DNA of 40,048 bases from a virus. Of the stretch, positions 27,307 through 34,600 are shown in pieces. Made by a program: the position numbers and the translations under genes. Under the pieces are notes generated by a model. That model did not search any database. It was not told the DNA's origin and worked only from the letters and a program-made list of their open reading frames with translations. The stretch spans positions 1-40,048 of the IMG/VR virus record IMGVR_UViG_3300028599_000001; one strand, written 5' to 3'. The stretch's first letter is position 1, and each line of letters begins with the position of its first letter.

Positions 27307-27509
27307 GACAGCAATTTGCCCATGGAATATACAAAGACAGTGAAGCTCAGAGACATCATGAATATTAAAAACATCTCATACGCCCATCTTGTCAAGGACC
27401 ACCAAATCCGCTTCCATAAAGGAATATGCATTTGAGTCAAAGAGAACTGCACTTCTGGGCGGATAATCTTACAGCCATAGTTCATCTTGATTTCGCTCAT
27501 CCCATCCAC
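27303..27509 (-). CDS. Small membrane protein (68 aa, GTG start)
   Basis: C-terminal TM MFLIFMMSLSFTVFVYSM. Overlaps the terL end by 13 nt. Confidence 0.45.
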   Translation of the reverse strand: MDGMSEIKMNYGCKIIRPEVQFSLTQMHIPLWKRIWWSLTRWAYEMFLIFMMSLSFTVFVYSMGKLLS

Positions 27510-28780
27510 GCTCCAGGTCCGGTGTAGTGAGTTCTCATGGATTCTTCCTTCTTCTCAGGTTTGGCCTCGGCACTGATCGCCACGGCGAAGGCTCTGAAGG
27601 CATCTGCACCGTGCGTCCAGACATTGGCTTGGGGCTTCTTGCCTCTCAGGCCGGTGTCCTCATCGATCTCATAGACGTAGCGGTTCAAACACTGACGGAG
27701 ATCGGAGGTCTTTTGGTCGTCAAACCACAGCTGCCCGAAGATGGTCTTAGCGGCGTTGATGTCGTTGCCGATCTTAGGGGTTCTAGGGAGGACTCTGACC
27801 GTTCGTCCTAGCTTGCTCATGATCAATTCTACCGTTCGTCCGCCAGCGGCGATGTTGGTGGACTTCGCATCGTGCGGTAGCCAGTCCGTGCCCCAGACGT
27901 AGCGTTTCTTCTGGAGCTCTGCAATATACCAATTGACTGAGTGTTCGGCGTCTTCCAGGTAATCAATGAGGTGATAAGCGTTATTCACAGCTTGCGCCAT
28001 GATTATCGCGGTTCTTCCAGTGAGAGAGTTCCAACCCAAGTCCCAAAAGGTGTGGACCGGTCGTGTAGGGTCATAGGGAATAGTGGTGATACGGTTTTCG
28101 AGCTTGGCTTGTCTAAGCTCTTTAGCGAATATCGCACCATCCAAGACCTGTCTGCAATGGCCTTCCCATACATGGAGATACGCATCGGGATCCCTCTCCT
28201 TGAGTTCAAGCATTTCCTGCATCAGGACATCAGGAAACCACGGGTTATCCTGCCAGTTCATCTTGACGACTATCGAGTCTTTGGGTGGATTCAAGACCAG
28301 TCTGCGGTAGGTTTCGTCCTCCTCCAGCTCAGGGTTGAACGTGGCCCATATTTCTGACCCTTCCTTGCGAATGGTCGGCACCAGGATTTCCCACGACTTC
28401 TTGGAAATAACCTGAGCCTCTTCCAACCAGGCCACGTCAGCCCCTTCATAGGACTTCAGTTCAGTGATGTTGTGCTTGAGGCCGGCGAAACCGAAGGCTG
28501 TCCCGTTTTTCCCTTGAATGCTGTTCGCCTGGATAGTGTAGTAATAACCGAGATTTAAGGCTTGGATCTGATCCGATAAGAGCTGATGGACCGAATCCTT
28601 GATCGATCGCTGTAATTCTCGTGTACAGAGTATTCTTGTGGGCTCTTGTATGCCTCGGATTAACAGAGCACGGGCAAATGACCATGACTTTGTACTGCCG
28701 CGTCCTCCGTAGGCTGCCTTGTAACGAGACTGCTGGCCTAGGAGGAAATCAAGTTTTGCTGGCAGCTTCGCTCTTAACAT
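27497..28780 (-). CDS. terL: Terminase large subunit (Terminase_3/PBSX-type)
   Basis: Walker A YGGRGSTKSWS, Walker B-like DVAWLEEAQ, nuclease-domain-like C-terminus. First ATG at 28780 (the track start 28786 is TTG). Confidence 0.85.
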   Translation of the reverse strand: MLRAKLPAKLDFLLGQQSRYKAAYGGRGSTKSWSFARALLIRGIQEPTRILCTRELQRSIKDSVHQLLSDQIQALNLGYYYTIQANSIQGKNGTAFGFAGLKHNITELKSYEGADVAWLEEAQVISKKSWEILVPTIRKEGSEIWATFNPELEEDETYRRLVLNPPKDSIVVKMNWQDNPWFPDVLMQEMLELKERDPDAYLHVWEGHCRQVLDGAIFAKELRQAKLENRITTIPYDPTRPVHTFWDLGWNSLTGRTAIIMAQAVNNAYHLIDYLEDAEHSVNWYIAELQKKRYVWGTDWLPHDAKSTNIAAGGRTVELIMSKLGRTVRVLPRTPKIGNDINAAKTIFGQLWFDDQKTSDLRQCLNRYVYEIDEDTGLRGKKPQANVWTHGADAFRAFAVAISAEAKPEKKEESMRTHYTGPGAWMG

Positions 28781-29036
28781 ACTCAACAGTCATAGTTAGC
28801 GCGAGCTCGCCATCGTCTCCAGTGCCTTCAATAGCTTGGACGGGTTTGCCGTCTAACCGATCACCGATCTCTTTCAACGAGGCTAGGTCACCTTCCGCCC
28901 CTTTCTCCACGAGCTTCTTGGCTAATTTATTAAGCGTCTTCTGGTCTTTATCAACAACCGCTCTGCGAATAGCGTCAGCCCATATCTTGCCCTTCTTTGC
29001 ATTCTGGTTGCCAGGTTGTCCGCCGCCTTTATCCAC
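28749..29036 (-). CDS. Putative small terminase / DNA-recognition subunit (95 aa, GTG start)
   Basis: N-terminal GGGQPGNQNAKKG motif seen in many TerS-type proteins. Directly upstream of terL and overlapping it. Confidence 0.4.
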   Translation of the reverse strand: MDKGGGQPGNQNAKKGKIWADAIRRAVVDKDQKTLNKLAKKLVEKGAEGDLASLKEIGDRLDGKPVQAIEGTGDDGELALTMTVEYVKSEAASKT

Positions 29037-29054
29037 TTGATTCGACCATTATCT

Positions 29055-29450
29055 TCATGATTCAAATACTTTTCTTTCCACCAATTCAATCTCATACACT
29101 CCCAGCCCTTTAATCCTTACTTTATCTCCGCTATTTATGGGGCCTTTCAATATGATAGGGGGGGAGATTGAATCAATAATTGGCTTGAGGTATTTCTTCC
29201 CGAACTCGTCAAGCGACAGATCAAGCATACGGTCATCAAATACTGTCCCTTGTTGTATCCCCTGATAATTAATAACTAAAGCAGTGTCGTATTTGTCGGG
29301 GAGTAGGTTCACAGTTAGGTCAGAATAAGTCTTTTGAAGCTCCTCTGTGTTGTACCCCCTAGATTCAGCTATTCTGAGGGTAAGTTCTCGCTTGATCATT
29401 TCAGCAGTTATTTGTGTGTTGCGGGGTTCTTTTTTAAAGAGACTTAGCAT
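29055..29450 (-). CDS. Hypothetical protein (131 aa), first gene of the late block
   Basis: ORF track only, no recognisable motifs. Confidence 0.45.
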   Translation of the reverse strand: MLSLFKKEPRNTQITAEMIKRELTLRIAESRGYNTEELQKTYSDLTVNLLPDKYDTALVINYQGIQQGTVFDDRMLDLSLDEFGKKYLKPIIDSISPPIILKGPINSGDKVRIKGLGVYEIELVERKVFES

Positions 29451-29461
29451 ATCAATACATC

Positions 29462-29529
29462 GGTTTCTTTCTGGGTTTCTTGGGCGGTTTCTTCTTGGTA
29501 GGTTTCATATAGTTTCTCGCTATGGTTTC
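29462..29529. repeat. Phased array of five GGTTTC repeats plus one AGTTTC variant (iteron-like)
   Basis: GGTTTC at 29462, 29474, 29486, 29501 and 29524, AGTTTC at 29511. The first three copies are GGTTTCTT with an exact 12-bp period. Confidence 0.8.
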
Positions 29530-29574
29530 ACGTGGAACAATAGTTTATTTCAATCAATGTTGGGTGATTAATGG

Positions 29575-29603
29575 GTGACAATTTGTATCACCTATGCTAT
29601 GCT
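29575..29603 (+). promoter_or_regulatory. Candidate sigma70 promoter for the plus-strand moron cassette
   Basis: GTGACA-N17-TATGCT, roughly 25 nt upstream of the AGGAG/ATG of the KorA-like gene. Confidence 0.35.
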
Positions 29604-29627
29604 GTATTCAATAGCAGGAGCAAGACA

Positions 29628-29846
29628 ATGACTAATCACCAATTCGACAAACTTATGGAAGTGTCGCCACATAATCACTCGGCACCTGTCTTAGAGGCTT
29701 TACGCCTTGTCCTAGTACAGGGGTTGACCACGTATAAGGCGGCACAGCAGATGCGTATCGATAGACCTGGGCTGTCACGTGCCTTGCGTCAATTTCCTGC
29801 TGGCATTTGTTCCAAGTGTCATCAAGCCATTTTACCGGGAGACTGA
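29628..29846 (+). CDS. KorA/TrfB-like helix-turn-helix regulator (72 aa)
   Basis: AGGAG upstream of ATG 29628. LEALRLVLVQGLTTYKAAQQMRIDRPGLSRALRQ resembles RP4 KorA IEIARGVLVDGKPQATFATSLGLTRGAVSQAVHRV. Confidence 0.55.
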   Translation: MTNHQFDKLMEVSPHNHSAPVLEALRLVLVQGLTTYKAAQQMRIDRPGLSRALRQFPAGICSKCHQAILPGD

Positions 29847-29848
29847 TT

Positions 29849-30529
29849 ATGAGATATGTACCAATCATTTTAGCCGTGCTACTCGCTGCTTGTGGGACGG
29901 GTGAAAACCCAGACAGGGTGTGCAAGGAAATGCCCGATCTGGCGTGGGTCAATCCTTCAGCCACAGAGGCGATAATTCTCCATGAGGGACATAATGGCCC
30001 TTATAAAATGGATTTTAGGCGTGAATGCCAGGCGGAAATGTTCCAAGAGGCTGGCTTTAGCGTCTTCGGTATGAATATGCCGGAGCGACCCCATGAAGGA
30101 TTACCTTTGACTGATTTCATCGATCCTGTTTTGGTCAAATACAACGACCTTGTATCCAGAGGGTATACAGAAATCCATATGGTCGGTCTATCCGGTGGTG
30201 GCTTTACCACTACCATGTTTTGTACTGAGTACGGTCCTAGTCTGGATCTATTGGGCAAATGTTATTCTGTGGCCGGCGGTACGACTCTCTCTATGCGTCA
30301 AGGTGGTGACTGGGAGCAGTGGGAATACAATATAAGGCCTTACAGTGAATACCACGAGATCTATCCAGATCTGTTACATATCTACTGTGAGTTTGAACCC
30401 TCATGGCAGGCCGCGAGTCGGTTAGATCTAGATCAATTGGGAGCACCCTATATAGTCGATAAAGGGGAGTATGAGCATACGATATCAGAGTGGACCGTTA
30501 ACTATATCATCAACGACTTAAAGGATTAA
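29849..30529 (+). CDS. Lipoprotein alpha/beta-hydrolase (esterase/lipase-like), 226 aa
   Basis: Signal peptide plus lipobox MRYVPIILAVLLAAC, nucleophile elbow HMVGLSGGG (GxSxG), ILHEGHNG oxyanion-like motif. Starts 2 nt after the regulator stop. Confidence 0.65.
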   Translation: MRYVPIILAVLLAACGTGENPDRVCKEMPDLAWVNPSATEAIILHEGHNGPYKMDFRRECQAEMFQEAGFSVFGMNMPERPHEGLPLTDFIDPVLVKYNDLVSRGYTEIHMVGLSGGGFTTTMFCTEYGPSLDLLGKCYSVAGGTTLSMRQGGDWEQWEYNIRPYSEYHEIYPDLLHIYCEFEPSWQAASRLDLDQLGAPYIVDKGEYEHTISEWTVNYIINDLKD

Positions 30530-30531
30530 CA

Positions 30532-30672
30532 ATGAATATCCCGACATTACCCGGATCGTTTGCCTTGTTGGCTGTAGGCCTGATATTTCTCATCGTAGTC
30601 GTTATCATTCTGAGGAAACGATACTGGATCATTTTGAGAAAGCGCAAAAAGCCAATCAGGTGGATAAGGTAA
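30532..30672 (+). CDS. Small membrane peptide (46 aa, not in the ORF track)
   Basis: AAGGA 7 nt upstream of ATG 30532. Translation is MNIPTLPGSFALLAVGLIFLIVVVIILRKRYWIILRKRKKPIRWIR. Competes with the antisense track ORF 30547-30780. Confidence 0.5.
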   Translation: MNIPTLPGSFALLAVGLIFLIVVVIILRKRYWIILRKRKKPIRWIR

Positions 30673-30800
30673 CCTATCGGGTTGATCTGTCCACAGGAAT
30701 AGGCCTTGTTTTGCTAGAGGCTCTAAAGCCTTTAGTAAATACAAGTCCCTTGTATAACAGCCTGTTAAACTCACATACATGTGAGCCTATTAGCATATTA

Positions 30801-31091
30801 TTAAAAGGGAATCAAGGTTATTTCGTCTACAACGCGATAGTCTTTGTCCAGAAAGGCATGAATTGCACACCAAAACGTTTCTGGTCTGTCGGGTCTGCCC
30901 ACCCAAGCATGGCGTTGAAAGGTATTTTTTGGCTTAGGGCGCTCTTGGTTGCTATGACCGTCTTCAATATGATTATGCGCCCAATATCCTCTACGCCCCG
31001 TATTTTTATTTGGGGGTATCCAACGCTCCCAGACAGTAATAGGCTTTAATGTCATCTTCATAATCAAAATTTTGGTTGTGCCCCTCACCAT
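30801..31091 (-). CDS. Hypothetical Trp/His-rich protein (96 aa), uncertain
   Basis: ORF track only. A plus-strand ORF 30660-31049 competes and I cannot discriminate between them. Confidence 0.3.
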   Translation of the reverse strand: MVRGTTKILIMKMTLKPITVWERWIPPNKNTGRRGYWAHNHIEDGHSNQERPKPKNTFQRHAWVGRPDRPETFWCAIHAFLDKDYRVVDEITLIPF

Positions 31092-31400
31092 TCCTGTAGG
31101 GGCTCTCCTTGTGGGAGCTCGACCAATTCAAATTTGGCCTGTTATCGGATATGACGATCCCGGTGGCGGTCATTACTCGCCTAGATCGGCAGCCGATATT
31201 TACAGTGGCCAGGCGCTACGCTGGCTCCGATAAGCCGCGTTACTCATCAGTCACTCTATGCGGGAGTCGAACCCGCTTCTCTAAATTCCCAGATAGCAAG
31301 TCTAGGCAATTTTAGTGCGATTCCGTTTCGCCAATAAGGTGCGTGTCTGCTTTCCACGCTGCACTGTAAACTGTATAGGCAATTATTCGATAGTAGCGAT
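31092..31400 (-). other. Roughly 300-nt non-coding, hairpin-rich leader downstream of the Q-like gene. Contains a tRNA T-arm-like hairpin (31260-31276)
   Basis: No credible ORF. Minus-strand GCGGG-TTCGACT-CCCGC. Other stem-loops include CCUAGA-CUUGCUA-UCUGGG, ATCGG-CTG-CCGAT and CCAGCG..CGCCTGG. Confidence 0.5.
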
Positions 31401-31429
31401 ATATAAGCACCATTATCACACTTTGTCAA
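31400..31429 (-). promoter_or_regulatory. Candidate late promoter (PR'-like) overlapping the end of the Q-like gene
   Basis: Perfect -35 TTGACA (31429-31424, within codons I-D-K), then 17-18 nt, then TTATAT/TATATA. Confidence 0.4.
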
Positions 31430-31976
31430 TCCTGGGTGATAAATAGTTGGGCGAAAAGTTTCCGCCCAACTCGCCCAAGATGGTTTGTATCTGTATGTGG
31501 GCCCGCATTAGGTGTGTTTGGTATGCAGTTCTCGATATACGCAGCTTTTCTGCCTTTAATTGTTGATCTCCAGGTCTCGTATATTCGTATATAATGACAA
31601 AGTAATATTTGATTTTCTTGTCTTGCGTCCCCCACTGCGCGACGGTTTTATCGATAGTTTCGTATATGGGAAAGCTGGGTTCGTATCGCGGACCCTGCCC
31701 TCTGATAAAAGCAGGATTAGCTCGGGGATCGGTCTCTTTAATCCGTCCCCCTTCACAGTTGGGACATGGGATAAATGCCTGCCCCATACCTCCCACAGCG
31801 TCCAATCTCGCCTTTCCTGTCCCATTGCACACTGTACACTTAGCGGACGGCATATGGTCTCTCAACTGGCCTAAGATGGTTCTATAAGGCCATCCTGTCC
31901 CCCATCCGTTACGGTAGCCACAGCGCCATTTTGCCCAGCCGTCCAGGTATTCTCGAATGTCTTTCGTCTCGATCAT
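31416..31976 (-). CDS. Q-like late-gene antiterminator (186 aa, zinc finger)
   Basis: YLDGWAKWRCG.. (the L..WG.W motif of Q families). CTVCNGTG..(19 aa)..CPNCEGG four-Cys finger. Last gene of the nin-type operon, followed by a promoter-like site. Confidence 0.55.
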   Translation of the reverse strand: MIETKDIREYLDGWAKWRCGYRNGWGTGWPYRTILGQLRDHMPSAKCTVCNGTGKARLDAVGGMGQAFIPCPNCEGGRIKETDPRANPAFIRGQGPRYEPSFPIYETIDKTVAQWGTQDKKIKYYFVIIYEYTRPGDQQLKAEKLRISRTAYQTHLMRAHIQIQTILGELGGNFSPNYLSPRIDKV

Positions 31977-32152
31977 ACATCACTCCAATGCTTACAGGTG
32001 TGTTTATCCCGTCTCGGATAGTCCGCTATGTTCTTGGTACAGCCCCACACTCCTAGTATGAGCTTGGATTTCTTACAGGCACCACAGCCTACTTGGTAAA
32101 ACTGTTTCTTTTCCAAGGCGGCTTGGGGTTTGAGTAGGTGATTTTGTGTCAT
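31973..32152 (-). CDS. Small Cys-rich protein (59 aa, below the track cutoff)
   Basis: GGTGAAATTATGA start context. MTQNHLLKPQAALEKKQFYQVGCGACKKSKLILGVWGCTKNIADYPRRDKHTCKHWSDV. ATGA overlap with the Q-like gene. Confidence 0.45.
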   Translation of the reverse strand: MTQNHLLKPQAALEKKQFYQVGCGACKKSKLILGVWGCTKNIADYPRRDKHTCKHWSDV

Positions 32153-32160
32153 AATTTCAC

Positions 32161-32421
32161 CTAATACCCTTTCCTTTCTTTCACAACAGTAAATCCGCCT
32201 GAATCCTTTCTCAGTTTCGGCAGAACAAAAATACCGTCTTTAATCTTTTTTTCTAGCATCACTGCGCACTGATCACTACAGGCCGTGGGTAAATCATCTG
32301 GGCAGGCTTCTTCATGGGCGTAACTTCCATGATATGACCATGAGTCCTGCCATATATCTTCTTGCCCGCAGATATCACAATGCCAAACACGTCTATGCTC
32401 TAATCGCCTGGCTAATGTCAT
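32161..32421 (-). CDS. Small Cys-rich protein (86 aa)
   Basis: GGTGAAATTATGA start context. WHCDICG..C..C motifs. Confidence 0.5.
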   Translation of the reverse strand: MTLARRLEHRRVWHCDICGQEDIWQDSWSYHGSYAHEEACPDDLPTACSDQCAVMLEKKIKDGIFVLPKLRKDSGGFTVVKERKGY

Positions 32422-32425
32422 AATT

Positions 32426-32614
32426 TCACCATGGTCCTGTGATTTCCCCGTGGTTCATCATAGATAACCCATACTCAGCCTTGAATACTTTTCCGCATTT
32501 ACTGCAAGGCCAAGTCACAAGCCCGTTGTCATCTCTCGGCTGCAAATCTGACCCACGGAAAACATGACGGCAAAGCCTTTGCTTAATGAACCGCTTTATA
32601 TTTACAAGCTTCAT
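32426..32614 (-). CDS. Small zinc-ribbon-like protein (62 aa)
   Basis: GGTGAAATTATGA start context. C-H ... CSKCGK motif. Confidence 0.5.
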   Translation of the reverse strand: MKLVNIKRFIKQRLCRHVFRGSDLQPRDDNGLVTWPCSKCGKVFKAEYGLSMMNHGEITGPW

Positions 32615-32874
32615 AATTTCACCTTTGGCCTCACTTGTGCACAAAATCTACGTGACTCCCCATCGGGATAGACCACATAGGCCAGTTCTTTCCCCTCTGG
32701 ACAATCCCCGTCATTGAAACTCAGATAAAAGGGTCGGAGATCGGTCAATTCCTTATCATTCCAGGTCAGGCCTAGCCAGAAATTGAAGGCAAAGACAAGG
32801 CCAAGGACTAGCCCTATCCCTAGGTCATTAACATGAAGAGGATACATGCGCTTGGGTTTTAGGGGAGTGTCCAT
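32611..32874 (-). CDS. Small membrane protein (87 aa)
   Basis: TM LGIGLVLGLVFAFNFWLGL. ATGA overlaps on both sides. Confidence 0.5.
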   Translation of the reverse strand: MDTPLKPKRMYPLHVNDLGIGLVLGLVFAFNFWLGLTWNDKELTDLRPFYLSFNDGDCPEGKELAYVVYPDGESRRFCAQVRPKVKL

Positions 32875-33056
32875 TAATTACAATCCACTCTAAGATTCGT
32901 CCACATCGCCTCCCAGTGCGTTATGTCCTTCCCCGTTATTCTGTTGTATGTGTCTGATTCGACCTTTGATTGATAGACCCAAATACCAAGACCAAGTGAT
33001 ATAAAAACAACTGTAACAATAGTTAATGTTATCCAGATTTTGGTTTCTTCTTTCAT
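32874..33056 (-). CDS. Small membrane protein (60 aa)
   Basis: TM IWITLTIVTVVFISLGLGIWVY. Confidence 0.5.
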   Translation of the reverse strand: MKEETKIWITLTIVTVVFISLGLGIWVYQSKVESDTYNRITGKDITHWEAMWTNLRVDCN

Positions 33057-33059
33057 TAT

Positions 33060-33527
33060 CTAGTCCTCATCTATGCCATGTGATTTCAGGAAAGCCTTTG
33101 CTTTTCTCCCTTCTTCCTTGAGATTTGCATAGGTCCATTTAAGGTCTGTCAGTGTTTTTAGGATAGCCACAGACATGTCCGCCTCTTCTTGCCAGCTCGG
33201 GGCTTTTACTCTTGCCTTTTCTGTGTACCATTCAGCCTCTCTTTCCATATATTTGATCTGGGCCTCCAGGTCTGTATCCTTGCTAGCATTGCTTTTGCCT
33301 GTCACACGTCTTTCTATCGCCTGCCAGGTTGGTTCGTATTCTGGCCAATCTTGTTCTACAACGACACATTTAAACGTTGGCTTTTCTTCCAATAACCTGC
33401 CATCCCGGATATTGCCGGCAATAAAATCGAGTAGTTTCCGCCTGTCATCATCCAGATACTTTTCAATATCCGTCAACTTCAATACGATGTATCTGTTTTC
33501 ACGTTTGAATTGTTTGCTCATTGTCAT
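33060..33527 (-). CDS. Hypothetical protein (155 aa)
   Basis: ORF track. ATGA overlap with the upstream gene. Confidence 0.5.
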   Translation of the reverse strand: MTMSKQFKRENRYIVLKLTDIEKYLDDDRRKLLDFIAGNIRDGRLLEEKPTFKCVVVEQDWPEYEPTWQAIERRVTGKSNASKDTDLEAQIKYMEREAEWYTEKARVKAPSWQEEADMSVAILKTLTDLKWTYANLKEEGRKAKAFLKSHGIDED

Positions 33528-33853
33528 GCTCGCTTTTGTTTTATCGGTTTAGAATATCCTTTATAGATATCCCATGCCTTTTCCATCAACCAGGAATGCC
33601 AAGGAAATCCTAGGCTCCCTCTCGCTGTTTCAGCGTGATAAAGATAAGTCAGGATCGATTGCCTAATACCTCTTGGGTCTGATTTTGCTGAGTATACCCC
33701 GCGCTCTTGCATCCGCTCCTGCATAAAGTCTAATACGTCATCACGATAAATATTGATCCGGTGGCGCATAAAATAAACATACAGCCTTCGCGCTCTGCGG
33801 AATCTCTTGTTAAGAGATCGGTGTTGCTGTCTGTCTTTTTTTAGGTCAATCAT
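33524..33853 (-). CDS. Hypothetical basic protein (109 aa)
   Basis: ORF track. Coupled to neighbours. Confidence 0.5.
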   Translation of the reverse strand: MIDLKKDRQQHRSLNKRFRRARRLYVYFMRHRINIYRDDVLDFMQERMQERGVYSAKSDPRGIRQSILTYLYHAETARGSLGFPWHSWLMEKAWDIYKGYSKPIKQKRA

Positions 33854-34251
33854 TTCATTGCCCTATCCAATAACTCCAGTTCAGTAGTAAAATAGTCCTG
33901 TAGGTTTTCCAATTCGTCCAAGGTGAATTTCTTGGGTTGTCGTTTTAACTGTAAGATTCTCTCGTATTCTTCTAGTCCGATTTCCTTGATCAGTTTCATG
34001 ACAAAGACCTCGTAGTTCCCACCTCTACCAATGTTACATGACTGACACTGCGGTTTAATAATCTTGGATTCAAACAAGATAGCATTGGTTCTGCCTCCAA
34101 TCCCATGACCGGCTTGTAACTCTTTCCAGAGTTTCACTGTTCCACAGGTGTAACATTTGGCATAGCCATTTTGGTCTGCTGCGGATTGTCTGATGTACAG
34201 AGAACACAGTTTCCAGCAGTTGTCCTTGAGCTTTTTCAGTTCAGATTTCAT
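33850..34251 (-). CDS. ninG: NinG/Rap-family recombination endonuclease (133 aa)
   Basis: C..YTCG..(QAGH)..QCQSCN zinc/HNH-like pattern typical of lambda NinG. Adjacent to ninB. Confidence 0.65.
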   Translation of the reverse strand: MKSELKKLKDNCWKLCSLYIRQSAADQNGYAKCYTCGTVKLWKELQAGHGIGGRTNAILFESKIIKPQCQSCNIGRGGNYEVFVMKLIKEIGLEEYERILQLKRQPKKFTLDELENLQDYFTTELELLDRAMK

Positions 34252-34267
34252 ATGCGCTCAGGGTAGC

Positions 34268-34600
34268 TCATTGTCTAAAGTCCTCACTCCAGTTCACACC
34301 TAGATGACTGCCCCACACGTAGAGCTGTTCGATCAAGTCGGCCATCTGCATTTTATTCAGCTCTGATGTGCGCTTGATCTTGAATTTCCACTTGATTACC
34401 CCTTTCATTTCATCGGGCAGATAACCGATGTGTTTTGCTACCTCTCCCACCATTGCATGAAACTTGTCATTCTGTAGGCCTGAACGTCTGGGGCGATAGG
34501 GCCGGTAGACACACTCCATCTTGGGCTTATCCGGGGTATTCAGGATAGCCTCAGCGGCGAGAGCGCGTTGCTTCTCAGTGAAGAGAGGGTAGGTTTTCAT
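34268..34600 (-). CDS. ninB: NinB/Orf-family recombination mediator (110 aa)
   Basis: RSGLQNDKFHAMVGEVAKHIG and RTSELNKMQMADLIEQLYVWGSHLGVNWSED parallel lambda NinB RSLDQNRKLWACLGDVSRQV and STSRMRVGEFAELLELIQAFGTERGVKWSDE. Confidence 0.7.
   Translation of the reverse strand: MKTYPLFTEKQRALAAEAILNTPDKPKMECVYRPYRPRRSGLQNDKFHAMVGEVAKHIGYLPDEMKGVIKWKFKIKRTSELNKMQMADLIEQLYVWGSHLGVNWSEDFRQ

Noticed and set aside
29027-29035. DnaA box-like TTATCCACT
   Set aside because: It is a single 8/9 match inside or adjacent to the TerS-like start, with no cluster or AT-rich unwinding element nearby.
30547-31049. Track ORFs 30547-30780 (minus, 77 aa) and 30660-31049 (plus, 129 aa)
   Set aside because: The C-terminal half of the 77-aa ORF is the hydrophilic antisense image of a clean TM peptide gene (30532-30672) that has a good RBS. 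The 129-aa ORF has no RBS and an implausible sequence, and it competes with 30801-31091. Neither is supported well enough to call.
31225-31255. Hammerhead ribozyme core (CUGAUGA on the minus strand, just 3' of the T-arm-like hairpin)
   Set aside because: There is no downstream GAAA core element, and the stem I/II/III geometry cannot be drawn. Probably a chance heptamer.
31245-31345. A complete tRNA gene on the minus strand
   Set aside because: A T-arm (GCGGG-TTCGACT-CCCGC) and a possible anticodon arm exist. However, no 5' acceptor strand complementary to ATAGAGT and no D-arm can be found, position 37 would be U, and the 12-nt variable region does not pair. Reported only as a tRNA-like fragment.
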